Shown here piece after piece: positions 30,001 to 45,000 of a stretch of DNA of 64,000 nucleotides. The position numbers were made by a program, and so were the translations under genes. Positions within the stretch are counted from its first letter, which is position 1. Every line of letters begins with the position of its first letter. Below the pieces are notes generated by a model, which was not told where the DNA came from, ran no database searches, and saw only the letters and a program-made list of their open reading frames with translations. This stretch comes from Eledone cirrhosa (taxonomy: Eukaryota), in NCBI GenBank assembly GCA_964016885.1, contig OZ024755.1, positions 43,276,001 through 43,340,000 on the forward strand, in the 5' to 3' direction.

Positions 30001-33000
30001 GTGGGGGTGGTTATGGGCTGTGTGTGATGGTGAGGGTGTTGGGTGTGGAGGTGGTTATGGGCTGTGTGTGATGGTGAGGGTGCTGGGTGTGGGGGTGGTT
30101 ATGGGCTGTGTGTGATGGTGAGGGTGTTGGGTGTGGAGGTGGTTATGGGCTGTGTGTGATGTTGAGGGTCTTGGGTGTGGAGGTGATTATGTGCTGTGTG
30201 TGATGGTGAGGGTGCTGGGTGTGGAGGTGGTTATGGGCTGTGTGTGATGGTGAGGGTGTTGGGTGTGGAGGTGGTTATGGGCTGTGTGTGATGGTGGGGG
30301 TGTTGGGTGTGGAGGTGGTTATGGGCTGTGTGTGATGGTGAGGGTGTTGGGTGTGGAGGTGGTTATGGGCTGTGTGTGATGGTGAGGGTGCTGCGTGTGG
30401 AGGTGGTTATGGGCTGTGTGTGATGGTGAGGGTGTTGGGTGTGGAGGTGGTTATGGGCTGTGTGTGATGGTGAGGGTGTTGGGTGTGGAGGTGGTTATGG
30501 GCTGTGTGTGATGGTGAGGGTGCTGGGTATGGAGGTGGTTATGGGCTGTGTGTGATGGTGAGGGTGTTGGGTGTGGAGGTGGTTATGGGCTGTGTGTGAT
30601 GGTGAGGGTGTTGGGTGTGGAGGTGGTTATGGGCTGTGTGTGATGGTGAGGGTGCTGGGTGTGGAGGTGGTTATGTGCTGTGTGTGATGGTGAGGGTGCT
30701 GGGTGTGGAGGTGGTTATGGGCTGTGTGTGATGGTGAGGGTGTTGGTGTGGAGGTGGTTATGTGCTGTGTGTGATGGTGGGGCTGCTGGGTGTGGAGGTG
30801 ATTATGGGCTGTGTGTGATGGTGAGGGTGCTGGGTGTGGAGGTGGTTATGGGCTGTGTGTGATGGTGAGGGTGTTGGGTGTGTAGGTGGTTATGGGCTTT
30901 GTGTGATGGTGAGGGTGCTGGGTGTGGAGATGGTTATGGGCTGTGTGTGATGGTGAGGGTGTTGGGTGTGGAGGTGGTTATTGGCTGTGTGTGATGGTAA
31001 GGGTGCTGGGTGTGGAGGTGGTTATGGGCTGTGTGTGATGTTGAGGGTGTTGGGTGTGGAGGTGATTATGTGCTGTGTGTGATGGTGAGGGTGCTGGGTG
31101 TGGAGGTGATTATGTGCTGTGTGTGATGGTGAGGGTGCTGGGTGTGGAGGTGGTTATGGGCTGTGTGTGATGTTGAGGGTGTTGGGTGTGGAGGTGGTTA
31201 TGGGCTGTGTGTGATGGTGAGGGTGCTGGGTGTGGAGGTGGTTATGGGCTGTGTGTGATGTTGAGGGTGCTGGGTGTGTAGGTGATTATGTGCTGTGTGT
31301 GATGGTGAGGGTGCTGGGTGTGGAGGTGGTTATGGGCTGTGTGTGATGGTGAGGGTGTTGGGTGTGGAGGTGGTTATGGGCTGTGTGTGATGGTGGGGGT
31401 GTTGGGTGTGGAGGTGGTTATGGGCTGTGTGTGATGGTGAGGGTGCTGGGTGTGGAGGTGGTTATGGGCTGTGTGTGATGGTGAGGGTGCTGGGTATGGA
31501 GGTGATTATGTGCTGTGTGTGATGGTGAGGGTGCTGGGTGTGGAGGTGGTTGTGGGCTGTGTGTGATGGTGAGGGTGTTGGGTGTGGAGGTGGTTATGGG
31601 CTGTGTGTGATGGTGAGGGTGCTGGGTGTGGAGGTGATTATGTGCTGTGTATGATGGTGAGGGTGCTGGGTGTGGAGGTGGTTATGGGCTGTGTGATGTT
31701 GAGGGTGTTGGGTGTGGAGGTGGTTATGGGCTGTGTGTGATGGTGAGGGTGCTGGGTGTGGAGGTGGTTATGGGCTGTGTGCGATGGTGAGGGTGCTGGG
31801 TGTGGAGGTGATTATGTGCTGTGTGTGATGGTGAGGGTGCTAGGTGTGGAGGTGGTTATGGGCTGTGTGTGATGGTGAGGGTGTTGGGTGTGGAGGTGGT
31901 TATGGGCTGTGTGTGATGGTGGGGGTGTTGGGTGTGGAGATGGTTATGGGCTGTGTGTGATGGTGAGGGTGTTGGGTGTGGAGGTGGTTATGGGCTGTGT
32001 GTGATGGTGTTGGGTGCGGAGGTGGTTATGTGCTGTGTGTGAATGTGAGGGCGCTGGGTGTGGAGGTGGTTATGGGCTGTGTGTGATGGTGAGGGTGCTG
32101 GGTGTGGAGGCGGTTATGGGCTGTGTGTGATGTTGAGGGTGTTGGGTGTGGAGGTGATTATGTGCTGTGTGTGATGGTGAGGGTGCTGTGTGTGGAGGTA
32201 GTTATGGGCTGTGTGTGATGGTGAGGGTGCTGGGTGTGGAGGTGATTATGTGCTGTGTGTGGTGGTGAGGGTGCTGGGTGTGGAGGTGGTTATGGGCTGT
32301 GTGTGATGGTGAGGGTGTTGGGTGTGGAGGTGGTTATGGGCTGTGTGTGATGGTGAGGGTGTTGGGTGTGGAGGTGGTTATGGGCTGTGTGTGATGGTGA
32401 GGGTGTTGGGTGTGGAGGTGGTTATGGGCTGTGTGTGATGGTGAGGGTGTTGGGTGTGGAGGTGGTTATGGGCTGTGTGTGGTGGTGAGGGTGCTGGGTG
32501 TGGAGGTGGTTATGGGCTGTGTGTGATGGTGAGGGTGCTGGGTGTGGAGGTGGTTATGGGCTGTGTGTGATGGTGAGGGTGTTGGGTGTGGAGGTGGTTA
32601 TGGGCTGTGTGTGGTGGTGAGGGTGCTGGGTGTGGAGGTGGTTATGGGCTGTGTGTGGTGGTGAGGGTGCTGGGTGTGGAGGTGGTTATGGGCTGTGTGT
32701 GATGGTGAGGGTGCTGGGTGTGGAGATGGTTATGGGCTGTGTGATGGTGAGGGTGTTGGGTGTGGAGGTGGTTATGGGCTGTGTGATGGTGAGGGTGTTG
32801 GGTGTGGAGGTGGTTATGGGCTGTGTGTGATGGTGAGGGTGCTGGGTATGGAGGTGGTTATGGGTTGTGTGTGATGGTGAGGGTGTTGGGTGTGGAGGTG
32901 GTTATGGGCTGTGTGTGGTGGTGAGGGTGTTGGGTGTGGAGGTGGTTATGGGCTGTGTGTGATGGTGAGGGTGCTGGGTGTGGAGGTGGTTATGTGCTGT

Positions 33001-36000
33001 GTGTGATGGTGAGGGTGCTGGGTGTGGAGGTGGTTATGGGCTGTGTGTGATGGTGAGGGTGTTGGTGTGGAGGTGGTTATGTGCTGTGTGTGATGGTGGG
33101 GCTGCTGGGTGTGGAGGTGATTATGGGCTGTGTGTGATGGTGAGGGTTTGGGTGTGGAGGTGGTTATGTGCTGTGTGTGATGGTGAGGGTGTTGGGTGTG
33201 GAGGTGGTTATGGGCTGTGTGTGATGTTGAGGGTGTTGGGTGTGGAGGTGATTATGTGCTGTGTGTGATGGTGAGGGTGTTGGGTGTGGAGGTGGTTATG
33301 GGCTGTGTGTGATGGTGAGGGTGCTGGGTGTGGAGGTGGTTATGGGCTGTGTGTGATGTTGAGGGTGTTGGGTGTGGAGGTGATTATGTGCTGTGTGTGA
33401 TGGTGAGGCTGCTGGGTGTGGAGGTGGTTATGGGCTGTGCGTGATGGTGGGGTTGCTGGGTGTGGAGGTGATTATGGGCTGTGTGTGATGGTGAGGGTGC
33501 TGGGTGTGGAGGTGGTTATGTGCTGTGTGTGATGGTGAGGGTGCTGGGTGTGGAGGTGGTTATGGGCTGTGTGTGATGGTGAGGGTGTTGGGTGTGGAGG
33601 TGGTTATGGGCTGTGTGTGATGGTGGGGGTGTTGGGTGTGGAGGTGGTTATGGGCTGTGTGTGATGGTGAGGGTGCTGGGTGTGGCGGTGGTTATGGGCT
33701 GTGTGTGATGGTGAGGGTGCTGGGTGTGGAGGTGATTATGTGCTGTGTGTGGTGGTGTTGGGTGTGGAGGTGGTTATGTGCTGTGTGTGAATGTGAGGGC
33801 GCTGGGTGTGGAGGTGGTTATGGGCTGTGTGTGATGGTGAGGGTGCTGGGTGTGGAGGTGGTTATGGGCTGTGTGTGATGGTGAGGGTGCTGGGTGTGGA
33901 GGTGGTTATGGGCTGTGTGTGATGGTGAGGGTGCTGGGTGTGGAGGTGGTTATGGACTGTGTGTGATGGTGAGGGTGCTGGGTGTGGAGGTGATTATGTG
34001 CTGTGTGTGGTGGTGAGGGTGCTGGGTGTGGAGGTGGTTATGGGCTGTGTGTGATGGTGAGGGTGTTGGGTGTGGAGGTGGTTATGGGCTGTGTGTGATG
34101 GTGAGGGTGTTGGGTGTGGAGGTGGTTATGGGCTGTGTGTGATGGTGAGGGTGTTGGGTGTGGAGGTGGTTATGTGCTGTGTGTGATGGTGAGGGTGTTG
34201 GGTGTGGAGGTGGTTATGTGCTGTGTGTGATGGTGAGGGTGTTGGGTGTGGAGGTGGTTATGGGCTGTGTGTGATGGTGAGGGTGTTGGGTGTGGAGGTG
34301 GTTATGGGCTGTGTGTGATGGTGATGGTGTTGGGTGTGGAGGTGGTTATGGGCTGTGTGTGATGGTGAGGGTGCTGGGTGTGGAGGTGGTTATGGGCTGT
34401 GTGTGATGGTGGGCTGCTGGGTGTGGAGATGGTTATGGGCTGTGTGTGATGGTGAGGGTGCTGGGTGTGGAGGTGGTTATGGGCTGTGTGTGATGGTGAG
34501 GGTGCTGGGTGTGGGGGTGGTTATGGGCTGTGTGTGATGGTGAGGGTGTTGGGTGTGGAGGTGGTTATGGGCTGTGTGTGATGGTGAGGGTGCTGGGTGT
34601 GGGGGTGGTTATGGGCTGTGTGTGATGGTGAGGGTGTTGGGTGTGGAGGTGGTTATGGGCTGTGTGTGATGTTGAGGGTCTTGGGTGTGGAGGTGATTAT
34701 GTGCTGTGTGTGATGGTGAGGGTGCTGGGTGTGGAGGTGGTTATGGGCTGTGTGTGATGGTGAGGGTGTTGGGTGTGGAGGTGGTTATGGGCTGTGTGTG
34801 ATGGTGAGGGAGTTGGGTGTGGGGGTGGTTATGTGCTGTGTGTGATGGTGGGGGTGTTGGGTGTGGAGGTGGTTATGGGCTGTGTGTGATGGTGAGGGTG
34901 TTGGGTGTGGGGGTGGTTATGTGCTGTGTGTGATGGTGGGGGTGCTGGGTGTGGAGGTGATTATGGGCTGCGTGTGATGGTGAGGGTTTGGATGTGGAGG
35001 TGGTTATGTGCTGTGTGTGATGGTGAGGGTGTTGGGTGTGGAGGTGGTTATGGGCTGTGTGTGATGGTGAGGGTGTTGGGTGTGGAGGTGGTCATGGGCT
35101 GTGTGTGATGTTGAGGGTGTTGGGTGTGGAGGTGATTATGTGCTGTGTGTGATGGTGAGGGTGCTGGGTGTGGAGGTGGTTATGGGCTGTGTGTGATGGT
35201 GAGGGTGTTGGGTGTGGAGGTGGTTATGGACTGTGTGTGATGGTGGGGGTGTTGGGTGTGGAGGTGGTTATGGGCTGTGTGTGATGGTGAGGGTGTTGGG
35301 TGTGGGGGTGGTTATGTGCTGTGTGTGATGGTGGGGGTGCTGGGTGTGGAGGTGATTATGGGCTGTGTGTGATGGTGAGGGTTTGGGTGTGGAGGTGGTT
35401 ATGTGCTGTGTGTGATGGTGAGGGTGTTGGGTGTGGAGGCGGTTATGGGCTCTGTGTGATGGTGAGGGTGCTGGGTGTGGAGGTGGTTATGGGCTGTGTG
35501 TGATGGTGAGGGTGCTGGGTGTGGAGGTGGTTATGGGCTGTGTGTGATGGTGAGGGTGCTGGGTGTGGAGGTGGTTATGGGCTGTGTGTGGAGGTGGTTA
35601 TGGGCTGTGTGTGATGGTGAGGGTGCTGGGTGTGGAGGTGGTTATGGGCTGTGTGTGATGGTGAGGGTGCTGGGTGTGGAGGTGGTTATGGGCTGTGTGT
35701 GATGGTGAGGGTGTTGTGTGGAGGTTGTTATGGGCTGTGTGTGATGGTGAGGGTGCTGGGTATGGAGGTGGTTATGGGCTGTGTGTGATGGTGAGGGTGC
35801 TGGGTGTGGAGGTGATTATGTGCTGTGTGTTATGGTGAGGGTGCTGGGTGTGGAGGTGGTTATGGGCTGTGTGTGATGGTGAGGGTGTTGGGTGTGGAGG
35901 TGTTTATGGGCTGTGTGTGTTGGTGGGGGTGTTGGGTGTGGAGATGGTTATGGGCTGTGTGTGATGGTGAGGGTGTTGGGTGTGGGGGTGGTTATGTGCT

Positions 36001-39000
36001 GTGTGTGATGGTGGGGGTGCTGGGTGTGGAGGTGATTATGGGCTGTGTGTGATGGTGAGGGTGGTGGGTGTGGAGGTGGTTATGGGCTGTGTGTGATGGT
36101 GAGGGTGCTGAGTGTGGAGGTGGTTATGTGCTGTGTGTGATGGTGAGGGTGCTGGGTGTGGAGGTGATTATGTGCTGTGTGTGATGGTGAGGGTGTTGGG
36201 TGTGGAGTTGGTTATGGGCTGTGTGTGATGGTGAGGGTGCTGGGTGTGGAGGTGGTTATGGGCTGTGTGTGATGGTGAGGGCGCTGGGTGTGGAGGTGTT
36301 TATGGGCTGTGTGTGATGGTGAGGGTGCTGAGTGTGGAGGTGGTTATGGGCTGTGTGTGATGGTGAGGGTGGTGGGTGTGGGGGTGGTTATGGGCTGTGT
36401 GTGATGGTGGGGGTGCTGGGTGTGGAGGTGGTTATGGGCTGTGTGTGGAGGTGGTTATGGGCTGTGTGTGATGGTGAGGGTGCTGGGTGTGGAGGTGGTT
36501 ATGGGCTGTGTGTGATGGTGAGGGTGCTGGGTGTGGGGGTGGTTATGGGCTGTGTGTGATGGTGAGGGTGCTGGGTGTGGAGGTGGTTATGGGCTGTGTG
36601 TGATGGTGAGGTTGTTGGGTGTGGAGGTGGTTATGGGCTGTGTGTGATGGTGAGGGTGTTGGGTGTGGAGGTGGTTATGGGCTGTGTGTGATGGTGAGGG
36701 TGTTGGGTGTGGAGGTGGTTATGGGCTGTGTGTGATGGTGAGGGTGTTGGGTGTGGAGGTGGTTATGTGCTGTGTGTGATGGTGAGGGTATTGGGTGTGG
36801 AGCTGGTTATGGGCTGTGTGTGATGGTGAGGGTGTTGGGTGTGGGGGTGGTTATGTGCTGTGTGTGATGGTGGGGGTGTTGGGTATGGAGGTGGTTATGG
36901 GCTGTGTGATGGTGAGGGTGTTGGGTGTGGGGGTGGTTATGTGCTGTGTGTGTTGGTGGGGGTGCTGGGTGTGGAGGTGATTATGGGCTGTGTGTGATGG
37001 TGAGGGTTTGGGTGTGGAGGTGGTTATGTGCTGTGTGTGATGGTGAGGGTGTTGGGTGTGGAGGTGGTTATGGGCTGTGTGTGATGGTGAGGGTGTTGGG
37101 TGTGGAGGTGTGCATGGGCTGTGCGTGATGTTGAGGGTGTTGGGTGTGGAGGTGATTATGTGCTGTGTGTGATGGTGAGGGTGCTGGGTGTGGAGGTGGT
37201 TATGGGCTGTGTGTGATGGTGAGGGTGTTGGGTGTGGAGGTGGTTATGGACTGTGTGTGATGGTGGGGGTGTTGGGTGTGGAGGTAGTTATGTGCTGTGT
37301 GTGATGGTGAGGGTGTTGGGTGTGGGGGTGGTTATGTGCTGTGTGTGATGGTGGGGGTGCTGGGTGTGGAGGTGATTATGGGCTGTGTGTGATGGTGAGG
37401 GTTTGGGTGTGGAGGTGGTTATGTGCTGTGTGTGATGGTGAGGGTGTTGGGTGTGGAGGTGGTTATGGGCTGTGTGTGATGGTGAGGGTGCTGGGTGTGG
37501 AGGTGGTTATGGGCTGTGTGTGATGGTGAGGGTGCTGGGTGTGGAGGTTGTTATGGGCTGTGTGTGATGGTGAGGGTGCTGGGTGTGGAGGTGGTTATGG
37601 GCTGTGTGATTGTTAGGGTGCTGGATGTGGAGGTGGTTATGGGCTATGTGTGATGGTGAGGGTGCTGGGTGTGGGAGTGGTTATGTGCTGTGTGTGATGG
37701 TGAGGGTGTTGGGTGTGGAGGTGGTTATGGGCTCTGTGTGATGGTGAGGGTGTTGGGTGTGGCGGTGGTTATGGGCTGTGTGTGATGGTGAGGGTGCTGG
37801 GTGTGGAGATGGTTATGGGCTGTGTGTGATGGTCAGGGTGCTGGGTGTGGAGATGGTAATGGGCTGTGTGTGATGGTGAGGGTGCTGGGTGTGGAGGTGG
37901 TTATGGGCTGTGTGTGATGGTGAGGGTGCTGGGTGTGGAGATGGTTATGGGCTGTGTGATGGTGAGGGTGTTGGGTGTGGAGGTGGTTATGTGCTGTGTG
38001 TGATGGTGAGGGTGTTGGGTGTGGAGGTGGTTATGGGCTGTGTTTGATGGTGAGGGTGCTGGGAGTGGAGGTGGTTATGGGCTGTGTGTGATGGTGAGCG
38101 TGTTGGGTGTGGAGGTGGTTATGGGCTGTGTGTGATGGTGAGGGTGTTGGGTGTGGAGGTGGTTATGGGCTGTGTGTGATGGTGTTGGGTGTGGAGGTGG
38201 TTATGTGCTGTGTGTGAATGTGAGGGCGCTGGGTGTGGAGGTGGTTATGGGCTGTGTGTGATGGTGAGGGTGCTGGGTGTGGAGGTGGTTATGGGCTGTG
38301 TGTTATGGTGAGGGTGTTGGGTGTGGAGGTGGTTATGGGCTGTGTATGATGGTGAGGGTGCTGGGTGTGGAGGTGGTTATGTGCTGTGTGTGATGGTGAG
38401 GGTGCTGGTTGTGGAGGTGGTTATGGGCTGTGTGTGATGGTGAGGGTTTTGGGTGTGGAGGTGGTTATGGGCTGTGTGTGATGGTGAGGGTGCTGGGTGT
38501 GGAGGTGGTTATGGGCTGTGTGTGATGTTGAGGGTGTTGGGTGTGGAGGTGATTATGTGCTGTGTGTGATGGTGAGGTGCTGGGTGTGGAGGTGGTTATG
38601 GGCTGTGTGTGATGGTGAGGGTGTTGGGTGTGGAGGTGGTTATGGGCTGTGGGTGATGGTGGGGGTGTTGGGTGTGGAGGTGGTTATGGGCTGTGTGTGA
38701 TGGCGAGGGTGTTGGGTGTGGGGGTGGTTATGTGCTGTGTGTGATGGTGAGGCTGCTGGGTGTGGAGGTGGTTATGGGCTGTGTGTGATGGTGGGGGTGC
38801 TGGGTGTGGAGGTGATTATGGGCTGTGTGTGATGGTGAGGGTTTGGGTGTGGAGGTGGTTATGTGCTGTGTGTGATGGTGAGGGTGTTGGGTGTGGAGGT
38901 GGTTATGGGCTGTGTGTGATGGTGAGGGTGCTGGGTGTGGAGGTGGTTATGGGCTGTGTGTGATGGTGAGGGTGCTGGGTGTGGAGGTGATTATGTGCTG

Positions 39001-42000
39001 TGTGTGATGGTGAGGGTGCTGGGTGTGGAGGTGGTTATGGGCTGTGTGTGATGGTGAGGGTGTTGGGTGTGGAGGTGGTTATGGGCTGTGTGTGATGGTG
39101 TGGGTGTTGGGTGTGGAGATGGTTATGGGCTGTGTGTGATGGTGAGGGTGTTGGGTGTGGGGGTGGTTATGTGCTGTGTGTGATGGTGGGGGTGCTGGGT
39201 GTGGAGGTGATTATGGGCTGTGTGTGATGGTGAGGGTGTTGGGTGTGGAGGTGGTTATGGGCTGTGTGTGATGGTGAGGGTGCTGGCTGTGGAGGTGTTT
39301 ATGGGCTGTGTGTGATGGTGAGGGTGGTGGGTGTGGAGGTGGTTATGGGCTGTGTGTGATGGTGAGGGTGCTGAGTGTGGAGGTGGTTATGGGCTGTGTG
39401 TGATGGTGAGGGTGGTGGGTGTGGAGGTGGTTATGGGCTGTGTGTGATGGAGGGGGTGCTGGGTGTGGAGGTGGTCATGGGCTGTGTGTGGAGGTGGTTA
39501 TGGGCTGTGTGTGATGGTGAGGGTGCTGGGTGTGGAGGTGGTTATGGGCTGTGTGTGATGGTGAGGGTGCTGGGTGTGGAGGTGGTTATGGGCTGTGTGT
39601 GATGGTGAGGGTGTTGTGTGGAGGTTGTTATGGGCTGTGTGTGATGGTGAGGGTGTTGGGTGTGGAGGTGGTTATGGGCTGTGTGTGATGGTGAGGGTGC
39701 TGGGTGTGGAGGTGTTTATGTGCTGTGTGTTATGGTGAGGGTGCTGGGTGTGGAGGTGGATATGGGCTGTGTGTGATGGTGAGGGTGTTGGGTGTGGAGG
39801 TGTTTATGGGCTGTGTGTGGTGGTGGGGGTGTTGGGTGTGGAGATGGTTATGGGCTGTGTGTGATGGTGAGGGTGTTGGGTGTGGGGGTGGTTATGTGCT
39901 GTGTGTGATGGTGGGGGTGCTGGGTGTGGAGGTGATTATGGGCTGTGTGTGATGGTGAGGGTGGTGGGTGTGGAGGTGGTTATGGGCTGTGTGTGATGGT
40001 GAGGGTGCTGAGTGTGGAGGTGGTTATGTGCTGTGTGTGATGGTGAGGGTGCTGGGTGTGGAGGTGATTATGTGCTGTGTGTGATGGTGAGGGTGTTGGG
40101 TGTGGAGTTGGTTATGGGCTGTGTGTGATGGTGAGGGTGCTGGGTGTGGAGGTGGTTATGGGCTGTGTGTGATGGTGAGGGTGCTGGGTGTGGAGGTGTT
40201 TATGGGCTGTGTGTGGAGGTGGTTATGGGCTGTGTGTGATGGTGAGGGTGCTGGGTGTGGAGGTGGTTATGGGCTGTGTGTGATGGTGAGGGTGTTGGGT
40301 GTGGAGGTGGTTATGGGCTGTGTGTGATGGTGAGTGTGTTGGGTGTGGAGGTGGTTATGGGCTGTGTGTGATGGTGAGGGTGCTTGGTATGGAGGTGGTT
40401 ATGGGCTGTGTGTGATGGTGAGGGTGTTGGGTGTGGAGGTGGTTATGGGCTGTGTGTGATGGTGAGGGTGTTGGATGTGGAGGTGGTTATGGTCTGTGTG
40501 TGATGGTGAGGGTGCTGGGTGTGGGGGTGGTTATGTGCTGTGTGTGATGGTGAGGGTTTGTGTGTGGAGGTGGTTATGTGCTGTGTGTGATGGTGAGGGT
40601 GTTGGGTGTGGAGGTGGTTATGGGCTGTGTGTGATGGTGAGGGTGTTGGGTGTGGAGGTGGTTATGTGCTGTGTGTGATGGTGAGGGTGCTGGGTGTGGA
40701 GGTGGTTATGTGCTGTGTGTGATGGTGAGGGTGTTGGGTGTGGAGGTGGTTATGTGCTGTGTGTGATGGTGGGGCTGCTGGGTGTGGAGGTGATTATGGG
40801 CTGTGTGTGATGGTGAGGGTTTGGTGTGGAGGTGGTTATGTGCTGTGTGTGATGTTGAGGGTGTTGGGTGTGTAGGTGGTTATGGGCTTTGTGTGATGGT
40901 GAGGGTGCTGGGTGTGGAGATGGTTATGGGCTGTGTGTGATGGTGAGGGTGTTGGGTGTGGAGGTGGTTATTGGCTGTGTGTGATGGTGAGGGTGCTGGG
41001 TGTGGAGGTGGTTATGGGCTGTGTGTGATGTTGAGGGTGTTGGGTGTGGAGGTGATTATGTGCTGTGTGTGATGGTGAGGGTGCTGGGTGTGGAGGTGGT
41101 TATGGGCTGTGTGTGATGGTGAGGGTGTTGGGTGTGGAGGTGATTATGGGCTGTGTGTGATGGTGGGGGTGTTGGGTGTGGAGATGGTTATGGGCTGTGT
41201 GTGATGGTGAGGGTGTTGGGTGTGGAGGTGGTTATGGGCTGTGTGTGATGGTGAGGGTGTTGGGTGTGGAGGTGGTTATGGGCTGTGTGTGATGGTGAGG
41301 GTGTTGGGTGTGGGGGTGGTTATGTGCTGTGTGTGATGGTGAGGGTGCTGGGTGTGGAGGTGGTTATGGGCTGTGTGTGATGGTGGGGGTGCTGGGTGTG
41401 GAGGTGATTATGGGCTGTGTGTGATGGTGAGGGTGTTGGGTGTGGAGGTGGTTATGTGCTGTGTGTGATGGTGAGGGTGTTGGGTGTGGAGGTGGTTATG
41501 TGCTGTGTGTGATGGTGAGGGTGTTGGGTGTGGAGGTGGTTATGTGCTGTGTGTGATGGTGAGGGTGTTGGGTGTGGAGGTGGTTATGGGCTGTGTGTGA
41601 TGGTGAGGGTGTTGGGTGTGGAGGTGGTTATGGGCTGTGTGTGATGGTGAGGGTGTTGGGTGTGGAGGTGGTTATGGGCTGTGTGTGATGGTGAGGGTGC
41701 TGGGTGTGGAGATAGTTATGGGCTGTGTGTGATGGTGAGGGTGCTGGGTGTGGAGGTGGTTATGGGCTGTGTGTGATGGTGAGGGTGCTGGGTGTGGGGG
41801 TGGTTATGGGCTGTGTGTGATGGTGGGGGTGGGGGTGTGGAGGTGGTTATGGGCTGTGTGTGATGGTGAGGGTGCTGGGTGTGGAGGTGGTTATGGGCTG
41901 TGTGTGATGGTGAGGGTGTTGTGTGGAGGTTGTTATGGGCTGTGTGTGATGCTGATGGTGCTGGGTATGGAGGTGGTTATGGGCTGTGTGTGATGGTGAG

Positions 42001-45000
42001 GGTGTTGTGTGGAGGTTGTTATGGGCTGTGTGTGATGGTGAGGGTGCTGGGTGTGGAGGTGGTTATGTGCTGTGTGTGATGGTGAGGGTGCTGGGTGTGG
42101 AGATGGTTATGGGCTGTGTGTGATGGTGAGGGTGTTGGGTGTGGGGGTGGTTATGTGCTGTATGTGATGGTGGGGGTGCTGGGTGTGGAAGTTATTATGG
42201 GCTGTGTGTGATGGTGAGGGTGTTGGGTGTGGAGTTGGTTATGGGCTGTGTGTGATGGTGGGGGTGCTGGGTGTGGAGGTGGTTATGGGCTGTGTGTGAT
42301 GGTGAGGGTGCTGGGTGTGGAGGTGGTTATGTGCTGTGTGTGATGGTGAGGGTGCTGGGTGTGGAGGTGGTTATGGGCTGTGTGTGATGGTGAGGGTTTT
42401 GGGTGTGGAGGTGGTTATGGGCTGTGTGTGATGGTGAGGGTGCTGGGTGTGGAGGTGGTTATGGGCTGTGTGTGATGTTGAGGGTGTTGGGTGTGGAGGT
42501 GATTATGTGCTGTGTGTGATGGTGAGGTGCTGGGTGTGGAGGTGGTTATGGGCTGTGTGTGATGGTGAGGGTGTTGGGTGTGGAGGTGGTTATGGGCTGT
42601 GGGTGATGGTGGGGGTGTTGGGTGTGGAGGTGGTTATGGGCTGTGTGTGATGGTGAGGGTGTTGGGTGTGGAGGTGGTTATGGGCTGTGTGTGATGGTGA
42701 GGGTGCTGGTGTGGAGGTTGTTATGGGCTGTGTGTGATGGTGAGGGTGCTGGGTGTGGAGGTGGTTATGGGCTGTGTGATTGTTAGGGTGCTGGATGTGG
42801 AGGTGGTTATGGGCTATGTGTGATGGTGAGGGTGCTGGGTGTGGGAGTGGTTATGTGCTGTGTGTGATGGTGAGGGTGTTGGGTGTGGAGGTGGTTATGG
42901 GCTCTGTGTGATGGTGAGGGTGTTGGGTGTGGGTGTGGTTATGGGCTGTGTGTGATGGTGAGGGTGCTGGGTGTGGAGATGGTAATGGGCTGTGTGTGAT
43001 GGTGAGGGTGCTGGGTGTGGAGGTGGTTATGGGCTGTGTGTGATGGTGAGGGTGCTGGGTGTGGAGATGGTTATGGGCTGTGTGATGGTGAGGGTGTTGG
43101 GTGTGGAGGTGGTTATGTGCTGTGTGTGATGGTGAGGGTGTTGGGTGTGGAGGTGGTTATGGGCTGTGTTTGATGGTGAGGGTGCTGGGAGTGGAGGTGG
43201 TTATGGGCTGTGTGTGATGGTGAGCGTGTTGGGTGTGGAGGTGGTTATGGGCTGTGTGTGATGGTGAGGGTGTTGGGTGTGGAGGTGGTTATGGGCTGTG
43301 TGTGATGGTGTTGGGTGTGGAGGTGGTTATGTGCTGTGTGTGAATGTGAGGGCGCTGCGTGTGGAGGTGGTTATGGGCTGTGTGTGATGGTGAGGGTGCT
43401 GGGTGTGGAGGTGGTTATGGGCTGTGTGTTATGGTGAGGGTGTTGGGTGTGGAGGTGGTTATGGGCTGTGTATGATGGTGAGGGTGCTGGGTGTGGAGGT
43501 GGTTATGTGCTGTGTGTGATGGTGAGGGTGCTGGTTGTGGAGGTGGTTATGGGCTGTGTGTGATGGTGAGGGTTTTGGGTGTGGAGGTGGTTATGGGCTG
43601 TGTGTGATGGTGAGGGTGCTGGGTGTGGAGGTGGTTATGGGCTGTGTGTGATGTTGAGGGTGTTGGGTGTGGAGGTGATTATGTGCTGTGTGTGATGGTG
43701 AGGTGCTGGGTGTGGAGGTGGTTATGGGCTGTGTGTGATGGTGAGGGTGTTGGGTGTGGAGGTGGTTATGGGCTGTGGGTGATGGTGGGGGTGTTGGGTG
43801 TGGAGGTGGTTATGGGCTGTGTGTGATGGCGAGGGTGTTGGGTGTGGGGGTGGTTATGTGCTGTGTGTGATGGTGAGGCTGCTGGGTGTGGAGGTGGTTA
43901 TGGGCTGTGTGTGATGGTGGGGGTGCTGGGTGTGGAGGTGATTATGGGCTGTGTGTGATGGTGAGGGTTTGGGTGTGGAGGTGGTTATGTGCTGTGTGTG
44001 ATGGTGAGGGTGTTGGGTGTGGAGGTGGTTATGGGCTGTGTGTGATGGTGAGGGTGCTGGGTGTGGAGGTGGTTATGGGCTGTGTGTGATGGTGAGGGTG
44101 CTGGGTGTGGAGGTGATTATGTGCTGTGTGTGATGGTGAGGGTGCTGGGTGTGGAGGTGGTTATGGGCTGTGTGTGATGGTGAGGGTGTTGGGTGTGGAG
44201 GTGGTTATGGGCTGTGTGTGATGGTGGGGGTGTTGGGTGTGGAGATGGTTATGGGCTGTGTGTGATGGTGAGGGTGTTGGGTGTGGGGGTGGTTATGTGC
44301 TGTGTGTGATGGTGGGGGTGCTGGGTGTGGAGGTGATTATGGGCTGTGTGTGATGGTGAGGGTGTTGGGTGTGGAGGTGGTTATGGGCTGTGTGTGATGG
44401 TGAGGGTGCTGGGTGTGGAGGTGTTTATGGGCTGTGTATGATGGTGAGGGTGGTGGGTGTGGAGGTGGTTATGGGCTGTGTGTGATGGTGAGGGTGCTGA
44501 GTGTGGAGGTGGTTATGGGCTGTGTGTGATGGTGAGGGTGGTGGGTGTGGAGGTGGTTATGGGCTGTGTGTGATGGAGGGGGTGCTGGGTGTGGAGGTGG
44601 TTATGGGCTGTGTGTGGAAGTGGTTATGGGCTGTGTGTGATGGTGAGGGTGCTGGGTGTGGAGGTGGTTATGGGCTGTGTGTGATGGTGAGGGTGCTGGG
44701 TGTGGAGGTGGTTATGGGCTGTGTGTGATGGTGAGGGTGTTGTGTGGAGGTTGTTATGGGCTGTGTGTGATGGTGAGGGTGCTGGGTGTGGAGGTGGTTA
44801 TGGGCTGTGTGTGATGGTGAGGGTGCTGGGTGTGGAGGTGTTTATGTGCTGTGTGTTATGGTGAGGGTGCTGGGTGTGGAGGTGGATATGGGCTGTGTGT
44901 GATGGTGAGGGTGTTGGGTGTGGAGGTGTTTATGGGCTGTGTGTGGTGGTGGGGGTGTTGGGTGTGGAGATGGTTATGGGCTGTGTGTGATGGTGAGGGT